From Octopus bimaculoides (Eukaryota): DNA of 64,000 nucleotides. This document shows, piece by piece, positions 40,495 to 52,830 of the stretch. Below the pieces are notes generated by a model. That model was not told the origin of the DNA. It saw only the letters and a program-made list of their open reading frames with translations, and did not search any database. Numbering within the stretch: the first letter of the stretch is position 1; each line of letters starts with the position of its first letter. The DNA is taken from contig NC_068994.1 in assembly GCF_001194135.2 (NCBI RefSeq), positions 48,254,549 to 48,318,548 on the forward strand. The letters are read 5' to 3'. The position numbers and the translations under genes were made by a program.

Positions 40495-41361
40495 ACAAGG
40501 TGGTATCAAAAAGTCCCAGGACTAGTTATGTTTAATAAAAAATAACTTATTTTACCTAAGTCTTATCATCTCCTTCAAGATAGTCACCTTGCACAGCAGT
40601 ACACCAGTCCCAGCATTCCTGCCACTTTTGGAATTTGGCCTGAAATTTGTTTTCTGTAAGTGAGTTGAGGACCTTCTGCACTGGATTTCAACAACAGTGT
40701 TAGAACAGCAACTTTGGACTGCATTTTCATTTGAGGAAAAAACATGGAAGTCTGCAGGTGCTAAATCTTGGTGAACAGGGCAGGTACAGAAGCGATACCA
40801 TGTTGTTTTTGGCAAGAAACTCACGGGGGAGGAGAGCTCAGTGACAGAGTGCATTGTCGTCATGAAGAATCCAGTTCTTCGTGTTCCACAGATCCGGTTG
40901 GTTTCACTGAATGTCCTCCCTCAAACACTTCAAAACATCACAGTAGAACTCTTGATTGAAGGTCTGGCCCTACAGGATGAATTCTCAATGCACAATACCA
41001 CATTTCTGGGGATGATGCTTATGGCAGATCTTTCAAGGATGTTCTACTTTTGAAGTGCCTTTGCCACTTGAGAAACATTGCATACAACCCATTGCCTTGT
41101 TGCCGTAAGCTTGCCGAAGCATGCTCAATGTCTCTGTAGCAGACTTCCGAAGTTTAATGCAAAATTTAACATTAGCTCTTTGTTCCTGTCCATGACAAAA
41201 TTACAGACTACAGTATGTGATTGCAAAAACACAAATTTCACAACTAGCGAAGTAAACACAGCGATATCACTGCTAGCTCTCACTGCAGACGCAACCAAGT
41301 GCTGTCATCTGTTGGCACACTACAGAACTAGGCTGGGAACTTTTTTTGATAGCACCTCATA
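40495..41361 (-). mobile_element. Mariner transposon, internally deleted and degenerate, both TIRs retained
   Basis: Inverted ends ggtggtatcaaaaagtcccaggactagt and actaggctgggaactttttttgatagcacc. Minus-strand remnants of the N-terminal HTH (EQRANVKFCIKLRKSATETLSMLRQAYG) and the catalytic region (GQTFNQEFYCDVL, WILHDDNA, DLAPADF) with stops and frameshifts. Confidence 0.85.
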
Positions 41362-41895
41362 AATTTACAAGGTACTCAACAAATTTTAATCTGGGTCTAA
41401 AAGAATGGGTGTATAATCCTCAGTGAAAATGATATATAGATAAAAACATTTCACAGAAGTAAAGCTAAGTCCTTCTGCAGGCTTATTGCTCTTTCGATCT
41501 TAAACAGTGAAACAGTTACAGACAAACCTTGTTCCTAGCATTTTATTCTTGAAATTATACTCTGCAATAGTTACTGTCAATTTTATTAGCTGGCATAAAA
41601 TTAATTCCTCCCACTCACAAAAACAATAAAAGTAAAAAGTATCCAATATGAAAGTATATGCAATGAGATATATTACTGGTATTAAATGACAATCAAGAGT
41701 GCAGGAAAAAAATAAGCATGCGACAGTGTTAAAACGTAGACAAGTAAATGAAGAGAAGTTAAATGTTGAAGTGTCAATGAACCGGTGACACTCCAACAGA
41801 ATAAAGCAAGCAACACATAATACGAGACAGGTTTCCTGTTTCAATGACTGAAACCTATAATGCGATTAATAGTTGTAAAGGTATAATATACTCAC

Positions 41896-42144
41896 CAAAG
41901 TCAGTGCCGTGGCATGTGAGTCAATTTCAGCAGTCAGAGGAGGCTTGTCGCCTACCTGGAAGTCAAAGTAGACAACCTTGTGGGAGAATGTGGAGAACTC
42001 ATTACTAAAGCAGAATTTATACACGCCAGTCTGGTCAGCTGTCCACGTGAAGGTATCATACTGTTTCTTAGTGTCTTTGTATAATATCTGACCACTTGGT
42101 GCTGAAAGTTCCATATCAACGTCATAACTACCACCAGTTATTAC
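41896..42144 (-). CDS. TMED7: p24-gamma / TMED7-like exon 2 (GOLD domain)
   Basis: ttgcAG| [10 protein letters not shown]...[31 protein letters not shown]...ATALTL |GTGAGT. 83 codons, phase 0/0. Confidence 0.96.
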
Positions 42145-43319
42145 CTGCAACAGAAACAAAACACTGTGTATTTTCTGATTATAAATAATAAACACCCAGT
42201 TTTAAAGCCATTATTGCCAATAATTAGTCTGGAGAAGCAAGAAAGTGGCCCTGATTTTTCCAAGCTCTTTGAAACTGCAGTATATGGATAGTTGGATGTG
42301 ATTATTACAGTTAATATTCACATTAATACTCTTGATGTATATTAAGAAAATTATGGAAAGAGGCAACAGAACCAAGCAGTGTTTATAATGCAGCAATTTG
42401 GTTAGAAGACAACATAGAATAGTCAATGCTTGTATCAAATGGTTTTAAGATGGAAGTGGTATATTGTTAGCAAGACCTAGATAGTAGTGGAAAAGATATA
42501 GTGATGAACATAATTCATGAATGGGCAAGAAAAGATACTGTTATTGATGGTTTACACAAGAAAAGATTGGATATGGCTAGCCACCAGATTGAGAGAAATG
42601 GTCAGAATTTCATATCATATCATTTGCCGGATTCTCAAACTTTCACTTTAAAAATTAGAATGAATGAAACCTATTGATTATTTTTAAGGTAGTTCTGGGG
42701 TGAGACAATAATAGCTGTGAACTAGTGCATCCTTCTCATACTTTTACCCCTCGTTACCGTGGATAAAGCTGGCTCCTGAAAGTTTGTAGTTTTGCAAACT
42801 GTATAGCAGCTTAGTCCCATAATGGTTCATGTGATGCTGATCGTCTCCAAGCAAAATATGAGGGACTTTCTAACACAGATCAACACAAAGGCTGGTGATT
42901 ACTTGATATGAAAAATAAAAAGAAGTGTTAGAACATGATTACAGAAACCTTAAGCACTTCATAAGGTTCCTCTATAAAAACGATTAACTTTGACACAACA
43001 GAAGAGTATAGTTGAATAAATTAACCCCACTACTTGATTGGTATATACTTTATCAACCCTAAAGACGAAAACAAATTAGACTACAGTGGAATTTGAACTT
43101 GATGTTAAAAAAGAGATGTAACTTAATGCCAAATTGCTTAACTGCTATAAGTTAAAATGGTCATGAAACTTAAACTCTAATAATCAAAATTCTAAGTGTG
43201 TGTGTGTGTGTTACAACATGGATAAGGTTTGATAAGAAGAATACCCAGCTGTAAAAGCCTGCCTCAAATAAGTACTTGCCCAACACATGCTGACATGGAA
43301 AAATGGATATTAAATGAAT

Positions 43320-43354
<35 letters not shown>

Positions 43355-43599
43355 TCAGCTAACTATAGACATTTAGGTCTACTTAACAGAAATTAGAAAA
43401 GAGTGCTCCTTAAAAATAAGAATGATTTCTAACATTGGCACAAACCCACAAATTTTGGGGGAGAAGTGACTGTGACTAGTCCGATTCCAGCACATGCCCG
43501 CTTTTTATTTTTGTCAACTTCAATTGAATAGAAGGCAAAGTCAACGCCTTAAGAATGTGAATTCTGATAGTGAGAAATAGGATAACATTCTCAGAAACT

Positions 43600-43930
43600 C
43601 CAAGATCTGTGCCGCAGACACGCTCTCTCCACACTGCCCTTTCTACCATGCTACAATGACCCCTGCTCCTCAAATGTGACTGCTCTCGTGTCACTTTCGC
43701 GCAAGAACCCTCGATTCACTCTTTTCTCCGACTCTCAACACTGTTCACCACTACTCCACATATACACCACTTCCAAGACAGACACACTAACCACTACAAT
43801 CAATCCTTTCGTCCCAGAATATCGACACTTGGGGATTCCCTCCCGGCACATATCCTTCAAGTATCGATCTCACCGGTCTCGGAGGGCCAGTGAAGGTCGT
43901 AGACACCTCTTCCTCCAGACTAAACTATTT
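43600..43930 (+). mobile_element. CR1/L2-group LINE 3' fragment (degenerate)
   Basis: LCRRHALSTLPFLPCYNDPCSSNVTALV and NQSFRPRISTLGDSLPAHI resemble the conserved 'RR...L..FY.YY.G.CS' and 'SFFPRT..LWNSLP' C-terminal motifs. Confidence 0.6.
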
Positions 43931-45441
43931 AAAAAAAAATTTTTTTTTTAAATCAATCCTGTCCCCTACCATTTTCGCCATTCCATCAGCTTGATTTTTA
44001 TTATACATAAAACATACTCATACGGGATTAATAATAGATATTAAACTAAGCGTAAACAACCAGTCCAATTTAATGCATGAGTGCGTATAAAACTGTCAAA
44101 TTGCATTTTGTGTCAAATGATAATCTCCATATTTACAGATAAATACTGTTTGATTTTTATTTTTGATGTTTTCCTAGGTAATATTTAAATCTGTAAAATT
44201 TAGCCATTTGTACACCCAAATGTTTAGTCACTAAACCTTATTTTTATTATTATTATTTAAATTCTTGGTTAAAATACACAACTTTCACACCTAATATGTA
44301 TCATAATAACGTTGGTACGCTCCTAGTTAACGTGGCAGTATAAGCAACCCAATGGAGCCATCCATTCATTAAACCTTACATGAATTCATATAAATTATCT
44401 GTTAATATACGAAAAGATGGTCAGTAAATAACCTGAAGGGAGGAAGTACGTTCTACCAGGTTAAATTGACCTTGACCAGATACACGATGACAAAGTTTCT
44501 ATGTGGTACCCCAAACTGAGAGACGAACCTTCCCCCGCATAAATAGGGGAACGGAAGTTTTGAAGCATTCAGGGTCCTGCATAAGGCACAATGGACAGGA
44601 TGTCAGCTCACGACACGTGAACTGGTGTTCAAATACGTTATACCCGAGGATATTTCATACATACACATGCACACGCAGCCGTGGTTTCATAGAGAAGGTT
44701 TACTGACACCTCCCGCTTGTAATTATTTTATAATCCCCCCCCCCTTTTTTTTAAAACTCAACATGCAGAGGTCCAGACTGGAATTAAAAGGATCTGCTAT
44801 AATAACAGATGTGATCGCTATGGAATGGCGAACAAGCCAACCTAAAGACCTCGTCTTCGGTGTTACAGTCGTAATAACTAACACCTGTATCTGTGTTCAT
44901 ACCTATGTGGTGGTTATGTGAATTAGCATTTATAAAACAAGGAAATTGAGACAACTATTTGTGAGATCGAGACAAGCATTTCCTTTCTACACATACATAC
45001 ATCACAGATGATGATGTGTATGTGTAACATATATTTAAATTAGTCTAAGAGGTTATCGGGTTTCTCTCCAACCATTTGCTAAAAACTATCTTCCACTTGT
45101 ATCTCTAACTCATGTGTGAAAACCCTTTGAGAAAAATCTACAGTAGCTTTTATCGACCTCAGTACTTGAGTGGCACTTTCATTTATAGACCTGGAGAGGA
45201 TCAAAGACAAAGTTGTTCCAGACGAAAATTGAATTCAGAACAGAAAAAGATATAAATGGAGATTTTTAACATTGGCACACATTTTTAGGGGAAAGGGTGA
45301 AACCGGTTATCCACTGGTACCTATTTTACTGATATCAGAGGAATGAAAGACATAACGAATTACGATGTTATTTGAACTCAGAACGTTAAGGGATGACAGT
45401 AAATAAAACAATGGTAATAATTTAAATGTGTTTTAACTCAC

Positions 45442-45621
45442 CTGGAACTCCAGTGTGCTTTTGAGGCCTTCTTTAATACTCTCGAAGAAACACATACGTT
45501 CGTTATCCGGTAACTCAAACGTAAGTTCCCCGGACAGTACGGTATGCACATTGAAAAGACATAGCAGTCCTGTCACAAACACGAACATTGAAGTCGACGA
45601 AGTACTCGCAAGACACTCCAT
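45442..45621 (-). CDS. TMED7: p24-gamma / TMED7-TMED3-like, exon 1 (signal peptide and start of GOLD domain)
   Basis: [60 protein letters not shown] (60 codons). [11 protein letters not shown] is the p24-gamma mature N-terminus. Donor CAG|GTGAGT, phase 0. TMED7 versus TMED3 orthology is not resolvable by eye. Confidence 0.93.
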
Positions 45622-45920
45622 TTATAACTATTTAATTATAATAACAGTAACTAGAAAAGGAAAATTTAAATATTCAACAAGCACCCACCTAAAAAAAATT
45701 AATTCCCCCCAAAAAACAAGTAGTTATAATAATTAAAAATCACAGTAACAAACAAGTGCAGGAAGTCAGTCACTACACGACAACAAACACTGGCGAGGCT
45801 TCGATTTGAAACCGGCTGGGATTATGTTATTGTCGTATCGTTCAAAGAAACAGCGATTGATAATTAAATATGTTTATATATATAATTTATACTACTCATG
45901 TGTAAATGTGTTGTATTATG

Positions 45921-45951
<31 letters not shown>

Positions 45952-46139
45952 GCTTGTACGTGCGTATAAATATGCTTTATGGTAATATTTATATAAACAC
46001 TGTCAGAAGATGCAGACGAATATATTGTTTTTCCAAAGAAACAGACGACAGTCCAGAGAAGGAAATTGTTAGAAAAGAAAAAAAGAGAAAAGAAAAAAAA
46101 TCAAGAAGGAAGAAAGACAATATGGATCAAACAAAATCC

Positions 46140-46330
46140 TCTCCTTTCTTTTTTCAACTCGAGGGGCGTGTGAGTGGTATCGGAGCCGGCCAGGTTTTAT
46201 ATGCTTAGTGATGGCAATGGCGACAGTGATGGCGGACCGAGTGACGTGGCTTTTCCGCTCGCCAGACGGCGTTTCGGTAGAATTTCGTGCTTCCGCTTTG
46301 ATGCGTTTATATTTTGCCCCGTGTTTCTAT
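46140..46330 (-). promoter_or_regulatory. CpG-rich promoter region of the p24 gene with a UPRE/XBP1-type element
   Basis: Local CpG enrichment in an AT-rich background. TGACGTGG at 46242-46249 and a YY1-like ATGGCGG at 46229-46235. Lies 0.5-0.7 kb upstream of the p24 ATG. Confidence 0.55.
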
Positions 46331-47487
46331 ATAAACGTGTATATCCGCAATGAATAAAAAAAATAAAATAAAACTTTAAAATATATGCTAAATTATTGAA
46401 GATAGAATAATATAATAGTTATTAATTGTAAGTACTTCTAATGAAAGGGGAAAGAAAAATTCGTACGCAATAAAATTCAATTTAAAAAAATATATAGTGA
46501 GTTTGTACCCATCTGAATAATCATGTGGGCGAGCCAAAACATCGATTAAATAAAAAATATATACTCTGGACGTCATTCAAAACTGAAGTTGATGGGAATG
46601 AAACAAGTAATCAACTGCATATGTATCGATGGTACACCTGTGGTTAGAAATCAATAAGTTATTGATCACCAATAAATGTAATAAAGTACTTATAAGACAG
46701 ACTGACAATAGAGAATGGTAACAGTATCGAAACTTATAATATTGACTTGATCCTTTTATATGCTGTCAGAATCACAAGCATCCAGCATAGGATGCTGGTC
46801 TACAACAAGTAGTTTTCCTCCAGCATTGGATGCGGAGAAAAAGCTTGTTAGTTTACAATACTTGCAGAGATGAATTCCACCAACACCTTTCATGATACCT
46901 ATTTATGGCTGAGAGTTAAATTTCTCGACCATGGACAAAGAAGCACAGTGGTAGAATAGATAACTTTCTGGTAATCTCATACTCTCACAACTGGACCATC
47001 TGTAATTCAAACCTAATATATTACTTGTAATTATTTTATCAATTCACAGAGAATGTAAACTCAAGATTTTGAAAATATCATCATCATGATGATGCTCTAC
47101 ATACCAACCTCTGCTACTCCATGTTATGACTCTATTTAAAGTTATTTGTCCTAAGCCTCAAGTGATAACTTAATCACTTACCCAAATCTATCCGAAATAC
47201 CAGGTGTTGTGAGATTGATTATTCAACTGCTCCTCTTCTACAAACTTATAGAGAAAACTGCCTCAGCTCAAATAAACAGTACTATCTATATTTATACAAT
47301 GAAAACGTGAGACCTTTTCAGCTCATATCTTAGTGTGAAAAGCACACCTCCTAGCATCAACAACAGCATCTTTTTCTTTTGTTTATTTCTTTGTTGTTTT
47401 TTGTTTTGACTTTGTTTTCAGCCAGTAGGGAAGACAATGTTCATGGCACTTTACAGGGGCTCTGAGAGTTGTTGGAAGAAGAGATCT

Positions 47488-47711
47488 TTAACCCCTTAGT
47501 ATTCAGATTACTCTGTCAAATGTAACGCTTATTGATTCACACCATTTTGAATTAATCAAGGAGGATCATGTAGCTTTGAGATTTTGATGAAGTGATTGTT
47601 TATTTTTAAAATGACATTGTAGGATAAGCATAAGGGACCAGATTTAGCCAGTTTGAACATAAAAGAAGGTATTTGGACCTGATATGGCTGGTTTAAATGC
47701 TAAAGGGTTAA
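47488..47711. mobile_element. Second TTAA-flanked MITE family (piggyBac-like)
   Basis: ttaaccccttag ... ctaaagggttaa ends with an internal sequence unrelated to the 17-kb family. Confidence 0.65.
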
Positions 47712-47962
47712 ACTGGCTGAAATGCTTGTATAAGATTGGACTCTACTAAATCATGTGATAGAGTAGGTCAACTACCCAGGCAGGCCATAACAGGATTTGA
47801 ATTCAGAATTCAAAGAAGCTGGAACAAACACTGCAAGAATCCAGTTTGACATTCTTACAGTTCCACTAATCCACCTTACTGGATAGGTATTTTATACATA
47901 TCAAATAAAATAACCTGATTTTATGGTGCACGTTACCAATTTTTAAATTTTTTAAATTTTAT

Positions 47963-48345
47963 CTAGTTTCAGCTCATGAGCTGTGGCCATGCTGGTGCAC
48001 CACCATTTGGTGTTGCTACATAATTTTACTTCACGAATGCTTTTTTGGAATTGACATTTGGTGCATGAGAGAGTTTGATGCAGCTGCCCTCATCTGCACC
48101 ACCTGCCGTGAAGTTGGTTCATCTGTTCATCTGGGACACTTGACAGGAAGAGGTTCAGTTTTATTTTGAAGACACCTACATCCACCCCATGCAGGTCTCT
48201 CAGGTCCTTCAAGAGGATATTGAAGAGCTGTGGACCTCTGAAGCCCAGGCTATTGCAGTATCTTGTCCTACATCATGATGGCAAATTTGGAGTCCTTGGC
48301 ACTGTGCAGGTTTTGTGTTTGCATAAAGAGACTAGTTCAGAGTTT
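47963..48345 (-). mobile_element. CR1-like LINE 3' end with terminal stem-loop
   Basis: TRYCNSLGFRGPQLFNILLKDLRDLHGVDVGVFKIKLNLFLSSVPDE, then tail ggtgcaccagcatggccacagctcatgagctgaaac. Confidence 0.7.
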
Positions 48346-49209
48346 TGGTTCAGCATTTGGCCCATGAATATTAGAAGATGCCACGCATTGGGACTGAACC
48401 CAGAACCATGTGGTTGGTAAGCAAGCTACTTACTACACAGCCACTCCTAAAAATAATTAATGCCAAAAAGTAATCCTGATCTCCAACTTAATGTGGAGGT
48501 TGTATTAGAACACAGAAACTGTATTATTTACCTTGAAAGGACCTCTCATAAGGACTTGTAATGCATTAAAAGCACTCAACATTATAGTAAAGAAGCATCT
48601 GCTTCTGCTGGTATGGATTCCTCAGTGACAGATGTTCAGCAGCAATGTAACAGCTGAATCTCCCATCAATGACACAATAGGATCATAGTGTTTTTGCTGA
48701 AATAGCCGGCGGGTTTATTAAAAATAGGACATAAGCAGTATTAATACTTAAAAGAAATCTTCATCTCCAACCTAGCATGGAAGTTGTGTTGGAACACATT
48801 GTCTTTCTGAGCAAAACACTTGCTCTGTGATCATTTCGACATCTAATATGTGGCACTTCATGCACCTGTACAGGTTATGTTGATTTGGTGGGGAGAGTGG
48901 ACACAAGAATTTGATCACAATAAACAAATCTTCTGTGGAGGTTGCCCAGCAAGAAAATGCAGAACCGTCATCTTTTTTACTCTGAGCACAAGGACTGAAA
49001 TTTTTGGGGAGGGGGCCAGTCGATTAGATCAACCCTAGTACGCAACTGGTACTTAATTCATTGACCCCGAAAGGATGAAAGGCAAAGTCAACCTCGGCAG
49101 AATTTGAACTCAGAACCCAAAGACAGATGAAATACCACTAAGCATTTTGCCCCGCCATCTCTCTTTTACAACAGATAAGTCCAGAATATTTGAGTATCTA
49201 CATATATAT

Positions 49210-49630
49210 AGGAGTGGCTGTGTGGCAAGTAGCTTGCATATTAGCTACATTGTTCCAGGTTCAATCCCACTGCATTGCACTGAAAGAAGCCTGTCATATA
49301 TGTGTGTATGCTTGCATGTGTTTGTCCCCCCACCATTGCTTGACAACCGATGTTGGTGTGTTTACGCCCCCATAACTTAAGCAGTTCGGCAAAAGAGACT
49401 GATAGAATAACTACTAGGCTTACAAAGAATAAGTCCTGGAGTTGATTTGTTCGACTAAAGGCAGTGCTCCAGCATGGCCACAGTCAAATGACTTTCAGTT
49501 TCTGTCTACCAAAACTTTGGCCAGCCCGAAGCTATAGTACAAGACACATGCCCAAAGTGCCATGCAGTGGGACCGAACCTGGAACCATATGGCTGATAAG
49601 CAAGCTACTTACTACACCGCCACTCCAGCA
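49210..49630. mobile_element. Two SINE family 1 copies in inverted, tail-to-tail arrangement
   Basis: A + copy at 49210-49500 and a partial - copy at 49515-49630. Another - head lies at 48365-48450. Confidence 0.75.
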
Positions 49631-51420
49631 CATATATATATATATATAAAAACCACATGAATTGTTGGAGACTTTCTGTTTCTGAAGAAGAGTATTGCTC
49701 AAAACATTAAACAAGCTTTCTTTCCTTCCCTGAGCATATCCTAATACTTTACATGCACCACTTTTTTTTTNNNNNNNNNNNNNNNNNNNNNNNNNNNNNN
49801 NNNNNNNNNNNNNNNNNNNNNNNNNNNNNNNNNNNNNNNNNNNNNNNNNNNNNNNNNNNNNNNNNNNNNNNNNNNNNNNNNNNNNNNNNNNNNNNNNNNN
49901 NNNNNNNNGGGGTTACTATATATAACGCTTTTATGGCATTTAACAAAATCAAGAAACCACATGTAAGTCTTTTTTTATTCGTTCAACAATTCATTTGTTG
50001 ACAACAGTATTACTGACACCTATCATTGCAACTGCCTTCTGCATTATATTATCCATATGACAAACTGAAGATCATAAAATTATTTCCATATGTACTTTAT
50101 ACTGATATCCCAGTTTTCTGTCAGTAATGGCATGTTCTACATAGCTTCTGTACCGCAAGTGCACATTATCAAATTCAAAGCTGCCCTATTCTAATTTCCT
50201 TTCTCTTCATAATCTTTTTTGTTATGGTTTGCTTAAAATAATATATTGTGTGCTGTATGTGTTTACTAAATTATTCTTTCAATTAGTTACGTGGTCCAAA
50301 TTATGCTTGCTATGCACACTAACCCAACTTGTTGTACCTTCAAGCCATTCAGCTACTTCTGGTTCTCTTAGCATCAAAGCCCTTTTCCAGGCCTACAAAT
50401 GTACAGTGGTATTTTTTTTAGCTTAGAATAGGTATGGCCATCCTTTTTGAAGTAGGCTGTATAATACATAGCTCATCAGGCAGGACTGCATTACTAAAAA
50501 AAAATCCAAGGTGATTTTTCATTAGGTGTGTTACAACTTGCTGACAATATCAAACTAATGTCCTCTGAAAAAAAATAAACATGGTCACTGAGGGAGTCAG
50601 TAAGGAAATTTATTGTGTTGTTAGCATAGTGATGTATAGCCTGGTAGCTAAGAGGGAAATAACACGACAATGAAGACCCTAGCGCTACTTGGAGACTCAA
50701 CCTGTTAGAAATAGCAGCTAAATCCAAATTACACCCTATCATTTTAATGTGTCCTTGAAAAAAAAAAAAAAAAGACAATCTCTATGAAGAGCATCATTGT
50801 CAACACTCATTTTCCATGCTAACATGGGTTGGATGGCTTGACAGGAACTGGCAAGGCCAGTGTCTAAAGCAAGTACCATGGTGTTTTGGCTGGATGCCTT
50901 TTACATGGCACATTGGTTTCAGGATCTCAACTCTGTAGTGGTGGGCATGTCTTCTCGAGTACAGCAATGTCTGAAAGCCAGGATATTCCTGGCCAATGTG
51001 CCTTTGATTATAGACCTACCTGATTAATCCTTTTGATACCAGCTCACCTGAGACCACCCCTCACTCTATCATATAAACTTCCTATTTTGAAGTGACATAA
51101 ATTAAAGTTTCCCATCAAAATTTCGTGTTAATTTATGATCCAATCACTGGATCCATCATCCATTGTCATTTACCATCCGTCTTCTATGCTGGCATGGGTT
51201 GGACAGTTTGACAGGAACCCATAAGCCAGGGAATTACTGTAACAAGCTCTATCGGTTTTGGCATGGTATTTATGGCTGGATGCCAACTATATCACAGAGT
51301 GGATAAATGTCAAAGATATTATATTAATTGAAACAAAGACAGTAAGTTTCAACAGAAATATGGTAATGAAAAGTTTAAGCTGCAACAATTTCTAATGGAC
51401 AGAATTCAATCAATTGATTG

Positions 51421-52445
51421 CAAATCCCTTCAGGTAGGAGGCCCTGCTCGATTTGTAAGAAACTCCATAAGATGCACCTGATATAAACTTTGGACACATA
51501 AATGGCGCAGCAATGTCAGAGGAAGGTTAACAGGGAAACTGACTTTTCTATGTGGAAAATGCACAGACACAACATTGAAAATGTGCAGATAACAGACAGC
51601 TTCCGTTATCTAGGTGACCAAGTTAGTGGAAGTGGATGCTCCGAGAGCATAGCTGTGAGAATAAGATTAGGCTGGGCTAACTTCAGAGAACTCCAACCTC
51701 TGCTGGCAACAAAGGGCCTCTCTTTCAGCGAAAGGCAGATTGTATGATGCCTGTGTGTGAACAGCCATGCTACATGGCAGTGAAACATGGATTGTGACAG
51801 TCGAGGATATGCGTAGGCTTATAAGAAATGAAGGCAGCATGCTTCATGGGATGTGCAATGTCTGTGCATGTTCGACACAGTGTAAGCATCTTGAGAGAAA
51901 AGTTAGGCATAAGGTGCGGTGTGCAAGAGATAACTGTGCTGGTATGGTCATGTGATGCATATGGACAAGGACAGCTGTGTAAAGAAATGCCGATCACTAA
52001 CTGTGGAAGGAACCTGTGGTAGCGGTAGATCTAGGAAAACATGGGATGAAGTGGTGAAGCATAATCTTCAAACTTTGAGCCTCACAAAGGAAATGACCAG
52101 TGACCGAGACCTTTGGCAATATCCTGTACGTGAGAAGACCTGTCAAGCGAAGTGAAATCGTAGTCATAGCTTATGTTGGCTTCACTTAACTGGCACCTGT
52201 AGCATGTGAAGAGCACTGTTTGATTGAGCATTGGACCTCACAGAGGCAATGACCAAGACCTTTGGCATTATGATATGCTTAAGAAGACCCACCAAGCCGA
52301 ACAAAATTGCATCATGCAAATAGCACCCATTACACTGTCGGAGTGGTTGGCACCAAGAAGGGCATCCAGCTGTAGAAAACCATGCCAAATCAGACAGGAG
52401 TCTGGTGCAGCCTTCCAGCATGGACAGAGACATTAAATGATGATC
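51421..52445 (+). mobile_element. 5'-truncated RTE LINE (end of ORF, 3'UTR, (ATG)n tail)
   Basis: DSFRYLGDQ...IRLGWANFREL.PLL...MLHGSETW...GRSRKTWDEVVKH. Ends cagcatgga...ttaaatgatgat. Confidence 0.85.
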
Positions 52446-52665
52446 ACTGTTTCAAATTTTGGCAGAAATCCAGCAATTTTAAGTCAATTACATCCAACAC
52501 CCTGATTGCTACCTTATTCACCCTAAAACGATGAATATGAGTTGGGAGAAATGTTACTAAGCAGTTTGTTCAATGTGCTGATTCAGCCAGCTTGTCAAAA
52601 CAATCAATGATAGCTGATCCTTAATAAAGTCGCTTACCATAACCTACTGTTTAGACCCTCTAAAT

Positions 52666-52830
52666 CAGTGGTTCCAAAACTTTTTGGGCTGCACCCAGGC
52701 CACCACCACCCATCACAAATCCCTACCATTTTCTGCAGCAAATTAAAGACAGTATTTCACAAATAACCCATCCTTTCCTTCAAAGTTCCCCGCCACTGGA
52801 TCTTTTCACTGCCCACTTTGGGAACCACTG
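52666..52830. mobile_element. hAT-type MITE
   Basis: TIRs cagtggttccaaaac and ctttgggaaccactg. Degenerate 8-bp TSD ctctaaat / ctggaaat. Confidence 0.7.

Noticed and set aside
48532-48696. 165-nt exon-like segment on - (tttcAG ... AAG|GTAAAT)
   Set aside because: Stops in all three frames and no link to a recognisable gene; at most a non-coding exon.
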